40,873 nt of DNA from a virus (Duplodnaviria; Heunggongvirae; Uroviricota; Caudoviricetes), in IMG/VR virus record IMGVR_UViG_3300032213_000610, positions 64,001 through 104,873 of that record; one strand, written 5' to 3'. Position numbers and translations under genes: made by a program. The stretch's first letter is position 1, and every line of letters begins with the position of its first letter. A model generated the notes under the pieces. That model did not search any database. It had not been told where the DNA came from and saw only the letters and a program-made list of their open reading frames with translations. Positions 33,768 through 40,873 of the stretch are shown here, piece by piece.

Positions 33768-35623
33768 TAGATGTTCACTTCACAAGCACCACCTCCGCAA
33801 GCTTGGATAGCACCAAAGTCTACAGTATCATCTATCTCCATCACCTTTGTTAAGTCAATGGATTTCAATGATTTAATGCGGTTGTTGTATTCCTCTTCTG
33901 TGATGTCTTCAAAAGGAGCTTGTTTATATGTACCACCAAAGAATGGTAATACAGATAAACCATTATACACCTCTCTATTGTCCCACATCCATTGACCTAC
34001 AGCTTCCCACTCATCTGCAATAGAAATAGTAGCACTTACGTTGTGTGTATTGGCTCCATTGCTATGACCTGGTTTAATCCATTCTGTAGAGAACTTCTTA
34101 ACACGCTCTAATGTATCTAGTGGAGACTCAGTTCTAAATATAGATCCTTCAGGAGCTTGAACTGGAATGCGTACACACACTGTATCCTTAGGACGTAATA
34201 CATCATCTTCACATAGTTCAGGATGGTTAATCTCTAAGTACATAGCAATGTCTTCATTCTTGTTAAATCTCATTGTTCTTAGATAGTGAGGAGCATGCCA
34301 AGCATGGATACCACTTGCTGTTCCTAACACAAGGCTAGTTGTACCAGAAGGTTTAATACATGTAATACGAGCTGCTTCATTAGTACCAATAAGAGATGAT
34401 AGGTCCCTATTCATAGTTTTAGCTGTATTAGCTACTAACTCTAGGTCATATTTAAGGATTTCTCCAGATCCTATACCAGTCATACCAATACCTAATAGAG
34501 CATCTTTCTGTGTAGTCTTTTGCCAAATAGGACGTAAGTAGTGAAAGTCAAAGAATCCTGCTTGTAACGTACCAAAGAATGAAGCAATTGCCACTCTTTC
34601 ATTAAGATCGTCTTGATCCTTAATATCAGATACATTCACTTCACATAAGTTACAGAATTGGAATGGACGTAGTCCTATTTCACAACAAGGATTAGTTCCC
34701 CAATCTAGGTCGTTAGTCCAGTAGATACCTGGTTCACCGCTTCCTGATGCTTCAATTCTTTTCCATAGAGACATGAATTCTTCTTCACTCACCTCACCTC
34801 TTTTAAGTACAGCTGAGTTATTACTTCTACCACGCTGTTCATTAGTCTCCCACCAGTCACCATACTTACATGTAATCATTTCCTCATCATCATGGCTGAA
34901 TAGGCTAATCATAGCACTTCTTCTAATACCACCTGCAAGGACACTATTAGCAATGTGACACATAATATCATGGCATTCTAGAGGAGATAGTTTACTACCA
35001 TCTTCTTTACGTTCCATAATAGCATCAATGTGAGCTAATGCAATCTTTAATGGTTCTGGACCAGGTGCTTTACCACCAGCTGTTACAAGTCTAGCTCCTT
35101 TCTCACGGATGGCTCTAAAGTCAAACTTAGGCTTATATCCACCCTCAAAATAGAACTTAACTAACACCTTTACAGCATCAGCCCATCCCATAATACTATC
35201 CTCAATAAGATAGTTCTTATGTTTATAAGAAGCTTGCTTCTTAATAGCTGGTAGTTGTTCTACATGGTGCTTCTGTACAGAAAAACCAACACCTGAACCA
35301 CCTAATAATAAGAACATAGTCTCACTGAAGCTATATAGACTATCCACTGGCAGATAAGCACAGTTGTATCCCCTAGCGTTATTTACTTCCATAGCTGGAC
35401 CAGCAAACTGAAGAGCTCTCATAGATGGTAACACCTTCTTATCTCTGATAAACTTGGCACTCTCTATAATAGCATCTTGTAATTTAGGATATTTCTTGAT
35501 CATCATTGTCTGATATCTATCTACTATCTCATCCCAGGTTTCTCTTCTTTTTAGTTCTGGGACATACTTTGCATACTTACTAAAAATCGTTATTTTACTT
35601 AACGCATCTAATCCTAAATCCAT
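33767..35623 (-). CDS. nrdJ: Class II (B12-dependent, monomeric RTPR-type) ribonucleotide reductase
   Basis: VLPSMRALQFAG, YNCAY, GTNPCCEI, FCNLCEVN, TCIKPSGTTS and the C-terminal ACGGGAC redox pair; no beta subunit nearby. Confidence 0.92.
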   Translation of the reverse strand: MDLGLDALSKITIFSKYAKYVPELKRRETWDEIVDRYQTMMIKKYPKLQDAIIESAKFIRDKKVLPSMRALQFAGPAMEVNNARGYNCAYLPVDSLYSFSETMFLLLGGSGVGFSVQKHHVEQLPAIKKQASYKHKNYLIEDSIMGWADAVKVLVKFYFEGGYKPKFDFRAIREKGARLVTAGGKAPGPEPLKIALAHIDAIMERKEDGSKLSPLECHDIMCHIANSVLAGGIRRSAMISLFSHDDEEMITCKYGDWWETNEQRGRSNNSAVLKRGEVSEEEFMSLWKRIEASGSGEPGIYWTNDLDWGTNPCCEIGLRPFQFCNLCEVNVSDIKDQDDLNERVAIASFFGTLQAGFFDFHYLRPIWQKTTQKDALLGIGMTGIGSGEILKYDLELVANTAKTMNRDLSSLIGTNEAARITCIKPSGTTSLVLGTASGIHAWHAPHYLRTMRFNKNEDIAMYLEINHPELCEDDVLRPKDTVCVRIPVQAPEGSIFRTESPLDTLERVKKFSTEWIKPGHSNGANTHNVSATISIADEWEAVGQWMWDNREVYNGLSVLPFFGGTYKQAPFEDITEEEYNNRIKSLKSIDLTKVMEIDDTVDFGAIQACGGGACEVNI

Positions 35624-35644
35624 GTTTTGTTTTGTTTTAATTGG

Positions 35645-35680
35645 TTAAAAAAAGGGGGTTGCAAATGTACAACCGCCCTT
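35645..35680 (-). terminator. Terminator hairpin whose loop is the nrdJ promoter -7 box
   Basis: - strand AAGGGCGGUUG-UACAUUUG-CAACCCCCUU followed by a U-run. Confidence 0.7.
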
Positions 35681-35692
35681 CTTATAAACCAA
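35662..35692 (-). promoter_or_regulatory. Bacteroidota promoter for nrdJ
   Basis: - strand TTG (35692-35690), 20 nt, TACATTTG (35669-35662). Confidence 0.65.
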
Positions 35693-35707
35693 GACATTTC
35701 AAAAATT

Positions 35708-35959
35708 CTACTTAACTAAATCTCTTATTTTCCAACCAAGTTCTGCATCATTAGGATGCTTTCTAACTAGATTAGTTATTTCCTTTTCAAGGGACATAAG
35801 TTTCTCTATATAGAGCGTTGCATCCATTAATTCTTCTTGCAGATGTTGTAGAAAATTGTCTTTGTTATTAGTCTGTAGAGTGGTGCCATATTTATTAATA
35901 CCTACAGCACTCCTAATTTCATACTTACGGACAACTTGATTAACTATACTATCTGTCAT
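35708..35959 (-). CDS. Small all-alpha protein, MazG/NTP-pyrophosphohydrolase-like
   Basis: KYGTTL...LQHLQEELMDATLY (EExxD motif); next to nrdJ. Confidence 0.45.
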   Translation of the reverse strand: MTDSIVNQVVRKYEIRSAVGINKYGTTLQTNNKDNFLQHLQEELMDATLYIEKLMSLEKEITNLVRKHPNDAELGWKIRDLVK

Positions 35960-36318
35960 AACTTATTGTTTAAGATTTCAAATGCTTTTTCAACAGCTAT
36001 TCTTTCAACTTCCTTTCTTGTAGGTTGCTCACCAGAAAAGTCATCTATTGTGTATTTGAATTCCATACCACCAACTAATATATTAGGAGTTATTCCAATA
36101 TATATCTTATTGGCATCAAACACATCAAATAATCCTCTAGGCTGTACATCTATAAGTTTGCCTATCTTATCATTATCAATAGTTGTTTGACGAGCATATT
36201 CTTTGAAGTTCTCTGGAAGATTATCATCTTTCAGGGACTCTAACATGCTATTCAAATAATGCTGCTTGATAACAATAGCTGCTTTGTCATACTTTTCTAA
36301 TAGTTCTAATCCTGTCAT
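35956..36318 (-). CDS. Hypothetical protein (120 aa)
   Basis: Coupled ORF. Confidence 0.6.
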   Translation of the reverse strand: MTGLELLEKYDKAAIVIKQHYLNSMLESLKDDNLPENFKEYARQTTIDNDKIGKLIDVQPRGLFDVFDANKIYIGITPNILVGGMEFKYTIDDFSGEQPTRKEVERIAVEKAFEILNNKL

Positions 36319-36527
36319 AACGATCTTGTTTTATTTAGTTCTTCATATTTGTTCTGCCACCAGTCCCTCTCAAAATCAAACTCTACACAATCTGTTGTAA
36401 ACTCATCATTCTTAATACAATCTTCGTATAGAACAGAATTTTTGAGAGCTTCCATTTTACAGAACAGAATGGTATTTTCTATACCAAACTTCTTTACTAG
36501 TTCTTCTAACACTTCTTTATTATACAT
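36315..36527 (-). CDS. Hypothetical protein (70 aa)
   Basis: Coupled ORF. Confidence 0.55.
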   Translation of the reverse strand: MYNKEVLEELVKKFGIENTILFCKMEALKNSVLYEDCIKNDEFTTDCVEFDFERDWWQNKYEELNKTRSL

Positions 36528-37071
36528 GTTCTTTGATTTTATCTAGGTCAAGAATTTCATTTTCTTCTATGAAAGCAGTCCATACTTCCATATCAGCATC
36601 AAGTTCCATACCAATTTTCTCTTCCCAAAACTTTCTCAAATCTTCCGTCTTGTTGAACACTCTATATTGAAGAGAGAGTTCATCTTTACTACGTCCAAAT
36701 TTGTTAATTTTAATAATTTTAGGGAAAATCTGCTGAAATTTGATAGAAGTTTGGGAATATTTGCCTTGTTTTATCAACTTTATATCAGCTTCTATTCTAG
36801 GACTAAGTTGATAAACAACCACCACATACCCCTCTTCATAATCATAATCATCAATGATTTGCTTTGTACGCTCATACTCACTATCTAGAAACACCTTGAA
36901 CTTATCCAAGTTCTCAGGCTTAAACAGTAAGTAGATAGAGTTTTCATATTGAACGTCTCTTCTGCTATCCTTGATATATCCATTAATAAACCCATTGTCC
37001 CCTAGCCTTTCTTTTCCAATACTAAGCGTGGGGACAATGAATATACTAGTGATGGTCTTTTTTATCTCCAT
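36520..37071 (-). CDS. Hypothetical protein (183 aa)
   Basis: Coupled ORF directly downstream of the exonuclease. Confidence 0.6.
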   Translation of the reverse strand: MEIKKTITSIFIVPTLSIGKERLGDNGFINGYIKDSRRDVQYENSIYLLFKPENLDKFKVFLDSEYERTKQIIDDYDYEEGYVVVVYQLSPRIEADIKLIKQGKYSQTSIKFQQIFPKIIKINKFGRSKDELSLQYRVFNKTEDLRKFWEEKIGMELDADMEVWTAFIEENEILDLDKIKEHV

Positions 37072-37073
37072 TA

Positions 37074-38117
37074 CTATCCTAATTTTACTAACCCGTTATT
37101 TAAATAATTCTCTCTTGAAATGTTCCACTTATCATTCTTGATAGCCCATTTAAGGTCTTCAATAATAGATTTAACACCTGGATACTTTCTACCCTTGTGC
37201 TCAAATCCTTTAGAAGCATCATCAAACGAATTGTCATCCATAGTAAATACTAGTGGACATGAATAGTTTGTGCTGTCACATACAATAAACTTAGGAGGTA
37301 ATATCTCATATCCTACAGCCACTAGCTCATCAAACATGTGTTTTGATGCATGGAAATACAAATAGCCCTGTATGTAAGCTCTACGATAGAGATAATACTC
37401 TTCATAGAAGTTTTCTACAGACCACGTGCATTTAAGATCATATACCTGGATTGTCTTCTCTGTATGGTCAACAATCACCTTATCCATCATGCTCTTGAAC
37501 ATATGTCCATATACAACATATCCTTCCACTTGGAGCTGATTATATACATTGTAGCGTGCACTATTAACTAAGTTTACAATTAGTGCTGTAAAGTCATTAG
37601 TCTTAAGCTCTTCTACAATCTTCTCTGCATTGGCTATATCCTGTGTAGTAACAACGGTTAAGCCCTTGCTTCTTACCTCACGGATTTCTTTGTAATAGAT
37701 TTCTGAATCAGATCCTATGAACTTAGCAAGAACAGCATCTAGCTTAATCTTGAATCCAGAATCTACATATGCATCTTTCATGATGTCTTCCATCTCTCTT
37801 GTAACTACACCATCTTCATTTGTAGCTGCAGCTGTATGTCTATACAATGCTTCTACGAATTCTAGCATAAGATTGGTTGGTGCACTAGTGACAGTTGACA
37901 TATAGAACTTCTCATCAAAGAGTTCTGGTTCCATAAGTTGTGTCTCTACCAGTCTACCAATAACTGATGCTGCTGTGTCTTTCTCTTCCACCTTCTCATT
38001 TAGGACATACTTCTTGTAGTATTTCTTTCTGTCCATGGAAAAGTCTTTCAAGCTTGATGAACTGTCCATTGTTACAGCCCTATAAGCTGCTTCTGTTCTG
38101 TTTGGTCCTTGTATCAT
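37074..38117 (-). CDS. PD-(D/E)xK exonuclease (RecE/Cas4-like phage exonuclease)
   Basis: N-terminal SSSSLKDF, GRLVET, KSMMDKVIVD...YDLKCT, YIQGYLY. Confidence 0.7.
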   Translation of the reverse strand: MIQGPNRTEAAYRAVTMDSSSSLKDFSMDRKKYYKKYVLNEKVEEKDTAASVIGRLVETQLMEPELFDEKFYMSTVTSAPTNLMLEFVEALYRHTAAATNEDGVVTREMEDIMKDAYVDSGFKIKLDAVLAKFIGSDSEIYYKEIREVRSKGLTVVTTQDIANAEKIVEELKTNDFTALIVNLVNSARYNVYNQLQVEGYVVYGHMFKSMMDKVIVDHTEKTIQVYDLKCTWSVENFYEEYYLYRRAYIQGYLYFHASKHMFDELVAVGYEILPPKFIVCDSTNYSCPLVFTMDDNSFDDASKGFEHKGRKYPGVKSIIEDLKWAIKNDKWNISRENYLNNGLVKLG

Positions 38118-38349
38118 TTAGTGTTTGTTTAAAAGATTCTATAATATAGGGATGCATTGCTCTCACCTCCCTTGGTACCCTCTGAAAGAACCATCTCACT
38201 TCTAATTCATAAGGATCTCCCTTATCATCTATATTCTGTGGGTGGATTAACCAGAAATAGTGTTTCTCTGAGTTATATGTAATATATCCCTCATGCCATA
38301 TCTCTGTGAATGATGGTTCTTTATTGATTGTTATCTCTAAATCACTCAT
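38080..38349 (-). CDS. Hypothetical protein (89 aa)
   Basis: Start moved to 38349 (ATGA overlap with the HNH gene). Confidence 0.5.
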   Translation of the reverse strand: MSDLEITINKEPSFTEIWHEGYITYNSEKHYFWLIHPQNIDDKGDPYELEVRWFFQRVPREVRAMHPYIIESFKQTLNDTRTKQNRSSL

Positions 38350-38747
38350 TTCTTCTCTAATTTTGTTTTTACATCGTGACAAGATTCACATAACACCTGT
38401 AGATTATCTAATTCACAGAACAGACGCTCTACAAATCCTGCTAAGTCTTCTTTACAGTTTAAACTACCTGCAGGCTTAATGTGATCTACGTTAATTTGTT
38501 TCTCTGGAAACCATGCTTTACAGCTATTGCATTGATATTCAAACTTTTGTCTCTTACTGGGACCTTTATATGCCCTACGAGCTTTCATCTTGCATTCTGT
38601 AATAGGTTTCCACCATCTAGATTTTTGTCTTAAGGCACTTCTAATAAAGCTCCAGAAAGCTGATTCTGTCATAGTACCAGCATTTCTCACCTTAACAACC
38701 TTAGCTCTAGGTATTTTTGCTCTTCTCTTTGTTGCGTTCTTTTTCAT
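38346..38747 (-). CDS. HNH endonuclease
   Basis: YQCNSCK...VDHIKPAG...NLQVLCESCHDVKT. Confidence 0.85.
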   Translation of the reverse strand: MKKNATKRRAKIPRAKVVKVRNAGTMTESAFWSFIRSALRQKSRWWKPITECKMKARRAYKGPSKRQKFEYQCNSCKAWFPEKQINVDHIKPAGSLNCKEDLAGFVERLFCELDNLQVLCESCHDVKTKLEKK

Positions 38748-38750
38748 AAG

Positions 38751-38784
38751 CTTAATATAAGACCAGGGATTTTAGCCCCTGGTC
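38751..38784 (-). terminator. Hairpin after rIIB
   Basis: Perfect 8-bp stem GACCAGGG / CCCTGGTC (38761-38784); weak U-tract. Confidence 0.55.
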
Positions 38785-38792
38785 CTACAAAG

Positions 38793-40388
38793 TTAATCAA
38801 TATTTACGATTCTCTTAGAGATTTCTTGTCTTATTTCATCAAGACTCTTAACAATTTTAAGTACTTCTACAGCAGATAAAGCAGGGAGATTGAACTCATA
38901 CTTCTTAGCTTCTGCAATAAAACCTTCTCTAGCTTTTGTACTTAGATTTTCCAATTCGCGAATTGCATAGCTCTCATCAAGCTCCATTGTATCAAAGTCT
39001 AGATCATGTAAGATTTCTGTTGCTTCTTCACGAGGAACAGTCATAATTGGTAAATACTCATAGCATCTACCTTTACTCTCACCGATACCTACAACCTTCA
39101 TTGGATTGATAAGTACAAGTACAGATGTATCACCACAACCTACATAATGAATCTCATCAGATGTAAAGTGTAAACCTTCAGCACCACAATCGTCAGTATT
39201 CCATCTACAGTTTTCCATAGGCATACTCACTGGTCTACCAATACGGATGTCAAATGTTTGTGTATGGGCATCTGTAAATCTATTCTCTGCTCTATTAGGC
39301 AAATCAAGATAGAGTTCAGTTAGATTACCGATCTCTTCACCATAATTAGATTTATCATATTTATAAACTTCACCTGTACCATCACATTCTGGACAATCAC
39401 AGCTGTCTTCACCATAACAATCATTATCTTCATAATAGTCATCAGCCTCACAAGGAATTGTTCCTGAACCATCACAATATGTACATACTTCTTTTTCTTC
39501 AAATATAGATTTGTGAACCATTTTGTATTGACCATTCTGTAAGAATACTAAATAGTCAGCTGGGTTCTTCTTCCATACAGCTTTAGTCTTGTTGTAAGCA
39601 TTGCTAATGAACTGTACTAGCTCTGTAGATCCATGTAATGTTACAACGTTACGTAATGCTACAAAGAATCCTTGCTTGGTGATACGGAAGCTGTTCTTCT
39701 TTAAGAAGTTGTATAGCTTGTCAGCCACCTCAGCTCTTGGATTCAAGCAACACCACATAAAGAAACGCTTAAGTGATTGATACTCTTCGTCTTCTTGTAT
39801 AAGTTCATTCACCTCATCGATTTCTCTATCTGTTACATTGTCCATAGAGTTGTAACTGTGAAGTCCAATGATACGTAAGAACTCATCTACCATCAAAGGT
39901 GGGATGCTTCTGTTGATTCCCTTGATATAAAGAGATCCGTCTTTCATCTCAAAATCATCAAACTTAGCTAGATACTCAGCACCTTTCTGAATAGCCTTAG
40001 CTTTCTCATATGCAGCCTGTGCTTCCTGCTTCTCTTTTAGTATATCTGGAGAACCTACAAGGCTCAATAAACAAGCTTCTGTCTTACATTCTCTGGCATT
40101 ATTAAAGTCTTCTGCTGTAGCTTTAGACTTAGTGATGATAGAACCATCATTAAGCACCACTGTAAGCACATCATTCACAATCTTAATGTTGGAATAAGGC
40201 TTAACAACACTTGGTGCAGCGGGTGCTACCCATGGATTACTAACCCCTATTGTGTAAGTAGAAGGTTTCTCTTGTTGATCTAATCTTTCTAATGTCTTCT
40301 CTAATCTTTTAAGCTCAATCTCATGTTGTAATTCATCTAATTGCTTTTGTTTCTGGCTTTTGAACCAGCTTAAACTGAATAGTCCCAT
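38793..40388 (-). CDS. rIIB: rIIB-like protein with an inserted DnaJ-type zinc finger
   Basis: RITKQGFFVALRNV, FTDAHTQTFDIRIGRPVSMP, DCGAEGLHF, LVLINPMKVVGI...KGRCYEY match rIIB; insert CTYCDGSG...CPECDGTG. Confidence 0.7.
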   Translation of the reverse strand: MGLFSLSWFKSQKQKQLDELQHEIELKRLEKTLERLDQQEKPSTYTIGVSNPWVAPAAPSVVKPYSNIKIVNDVLTVVLNDGSIITKSKATAEDFNNARECKTEACLLSLVGSPDILKEKQEAQAAYEKAKAIQKGAEYLAKFDDFEMKDGSLYIKGINRSIPPLMVDEFLRIIGLHSYNSMDNVTDREIDEVNELIQEDEEYQSLKRFFMWCCLNPRAEVADKLYNFLKKNSFRITKQGFFVALRNVVTLHGSTELVQFISNAYNKTKAVWKKNPADYLVFLQNGQYKMVHKSIFEEKEVCTYCDGSGTIPCEADDYYEDNDCYGEDSCDCPECDGTGEVYKYDKSNYGEEIGNLTELYLDLPNRAENRFTDAHTQTFDIRIGRPVSMPMENCRWNTDDCGAEGLHFTSDEIHYVGCGDTSVLVLINPMKVVGIGESKGRCYEYLPIMTVPREEATEILHDLDFDTMELDESYAIRELENLSTKAREGFIAEAKKYEFNLPALSAVEVLKIVKSLDEIRQEISKRIVNID

Positions 40389-40406
40389 TTTGTTTTGTTT
40401 TTTGTT

Positions 40407-40535
40407 TTATTTTAAATCGGTTATATTTTCTCTTAAAAATTGAGCAAATGCATTTTTGAAATATCCATTTGGACAAATATCAAATGCCCACATAATGAAC
40501 ACTGATGTAAGCCATAGCTTAATTTCTCTCCACAT
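40407..40535 (-). CDS. Microprotein (42 aa), not in the ORF track
   Basis: MWREIKLWLTSVFIMWAFDICPNGYFKNAFAQFLRENITDLK. Confidence 0.5.
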   Translation of the reverse strand: MWREIKLWLTSVFIMWAFDICPNGYFKNAFAQFLRENITDLK

Positions 40536-40536
40536 A

Positions 40537-40668
40537 TTATTTTATTTTGTATTGTGTACACCAAATAGGTATTGAATAAAAGAAATATATTCTTCTTCTA
40601 ACTGTGTAGCCATTTTCATCTTCTCCACAATAGATGTCAAAGTTGTTGAATCCTCTTTTATATTTCAT
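40537..40668 (-). CDS. Microprotein (43 aa), not in the ORF track
   Basis: MKYKRGFNNFDIYCGEDENGYTVRRRIYFFYSIPIWCTQYKIK; tightly packed with its neighbours. Confidence 0.5.
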   Translation of the reverse strand: MKYKRGFNNFDIYCGEDENGYTVRRRIYFFYSIPIWCTQYKIK

Positions 40669-40671
40669 AGG

Positions 40672-40872
40672 TTATTTGTTTTTAACTATTTCATTACTAT
40701 AACGGTATGCTTTCCACCCTTTTATCCACTCATCTAATTCTTCGTGAGATGGTCTATTATTTGCATTATCTGTGTAAGTATCACCCCAAGCATCATTTTG
40801 TAATAATCCTCTTTGTGCTGCATTCCAACCTCTCTGATAATTTGAAGGTGTATCGGAAGTAACTTCTTGATG
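40672..40872 (-). CDS. 3' end of a hypothetical protein cut by the window edge
   Basis: Open frame HQEVTSDTP...EWIKGWKAYRYSNEIVKNK then TAA. Confidence 0.55.
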   Translation of the reverse strand, partial: HQEVTSDTPSNYQRGWNAAQRGLLQNDAWGDTYTDNANNRPSHEELDEWIKGWKAYRYSNEIVKNK

Positions 40873-40873
40873 A

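Noticed and set aside
32440-35623. Inteins or introns in recA or nrdJ
   Set aside because: Both have normal length with contiguous conserved motifs.
35624-35640. Repeated AAAAC/GTTTT runs before several genes (also 22889-22910, 40389-40410) as a repeat family
   Set aside because: Explained by the A-rich, Shine-Dalgarno-independent translation leaders typical of Bacteroidota.
13742-38382. Longer upstream starts given by the ORF track (13742, 17873, 18126, 22834, 27873, 30663, 32519, 38382)
   Set aside because: They create large overlaps with upstream genes and add non-homologous leaders. The downstream ATGs have typical A-rich leaders or stop-start coupling.
1-40873. Stop-codon reassignment as in some crAss-like phages
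   Set aside because: Genes are full length and densely packed under code 11. TAG and TGA both serve as real stops (e.g. TAG at 26530-26532, 29268-29270, 33588-33590; TGA at 38346-38348).
1-40873. tRNA, rRNA, integrase, transposase or att sites
   Set aside because: No cloverleaf-like or rRNA-like segments by eye, intergenic gaps are short, and no recombinase ORF is present. A tRNAscan/Infernal run would be needed to be certain.

Overview
A 40.9-kb segment of a large AT-rich tailed phage using the standard genetic code. The host is very probably Bacteroidota, based on repeated TTG-N18-20-TAnnTTTG promoters and A-rich, Shine-Dalgarno-free leaders. The gene style is crAss-like or Flavobacterium-phage-like, but this is an inference. 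The + strand (1-29215) is a virion/late arm. In order it carries a large virion protein with a RecB-type nuclease motif; a 2483-aa Cys-rich tail fibre with a C-terminal S74 chaperone; three paralogous Tyr/Gly-rich fibre-associated proteins; a separately promoted GT9-like / sulfotransferase / GT25 / APS-kinase / HxGH-nucleotidyltransferase / DUF2061 operon; a lysis module (holins, GH19 endolysin, spanin-like proteins); anchor-plus-poly-Thr (mucin-like) decoration-type proteins surrounding a GT-A glycosyltransferase; a ferritin-like protein; and a cluster of very basic proteins sharing a KAQxG motif. The - strand (29268-40873) is a replication/nucleotide-metabolism arm with two GT2-like enzymes, a GroES-like protein, HNH nucleases, dUTPase, RecA, DUF5522, class II RNR, a PD-(D/E)xK exonuclease and rIIB. 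The two arms meet at a bidirectional terminator. The best candidate for an undescribed system is a phage-encoded pathway that builds a sulfated glycan coat on virion proteins: its own PAPS supply, a sulfotransferase, five glycosyltransferases and mucin-like Thr-rich acceptors. All family calls come from motif recognition by eye, not from database searches.
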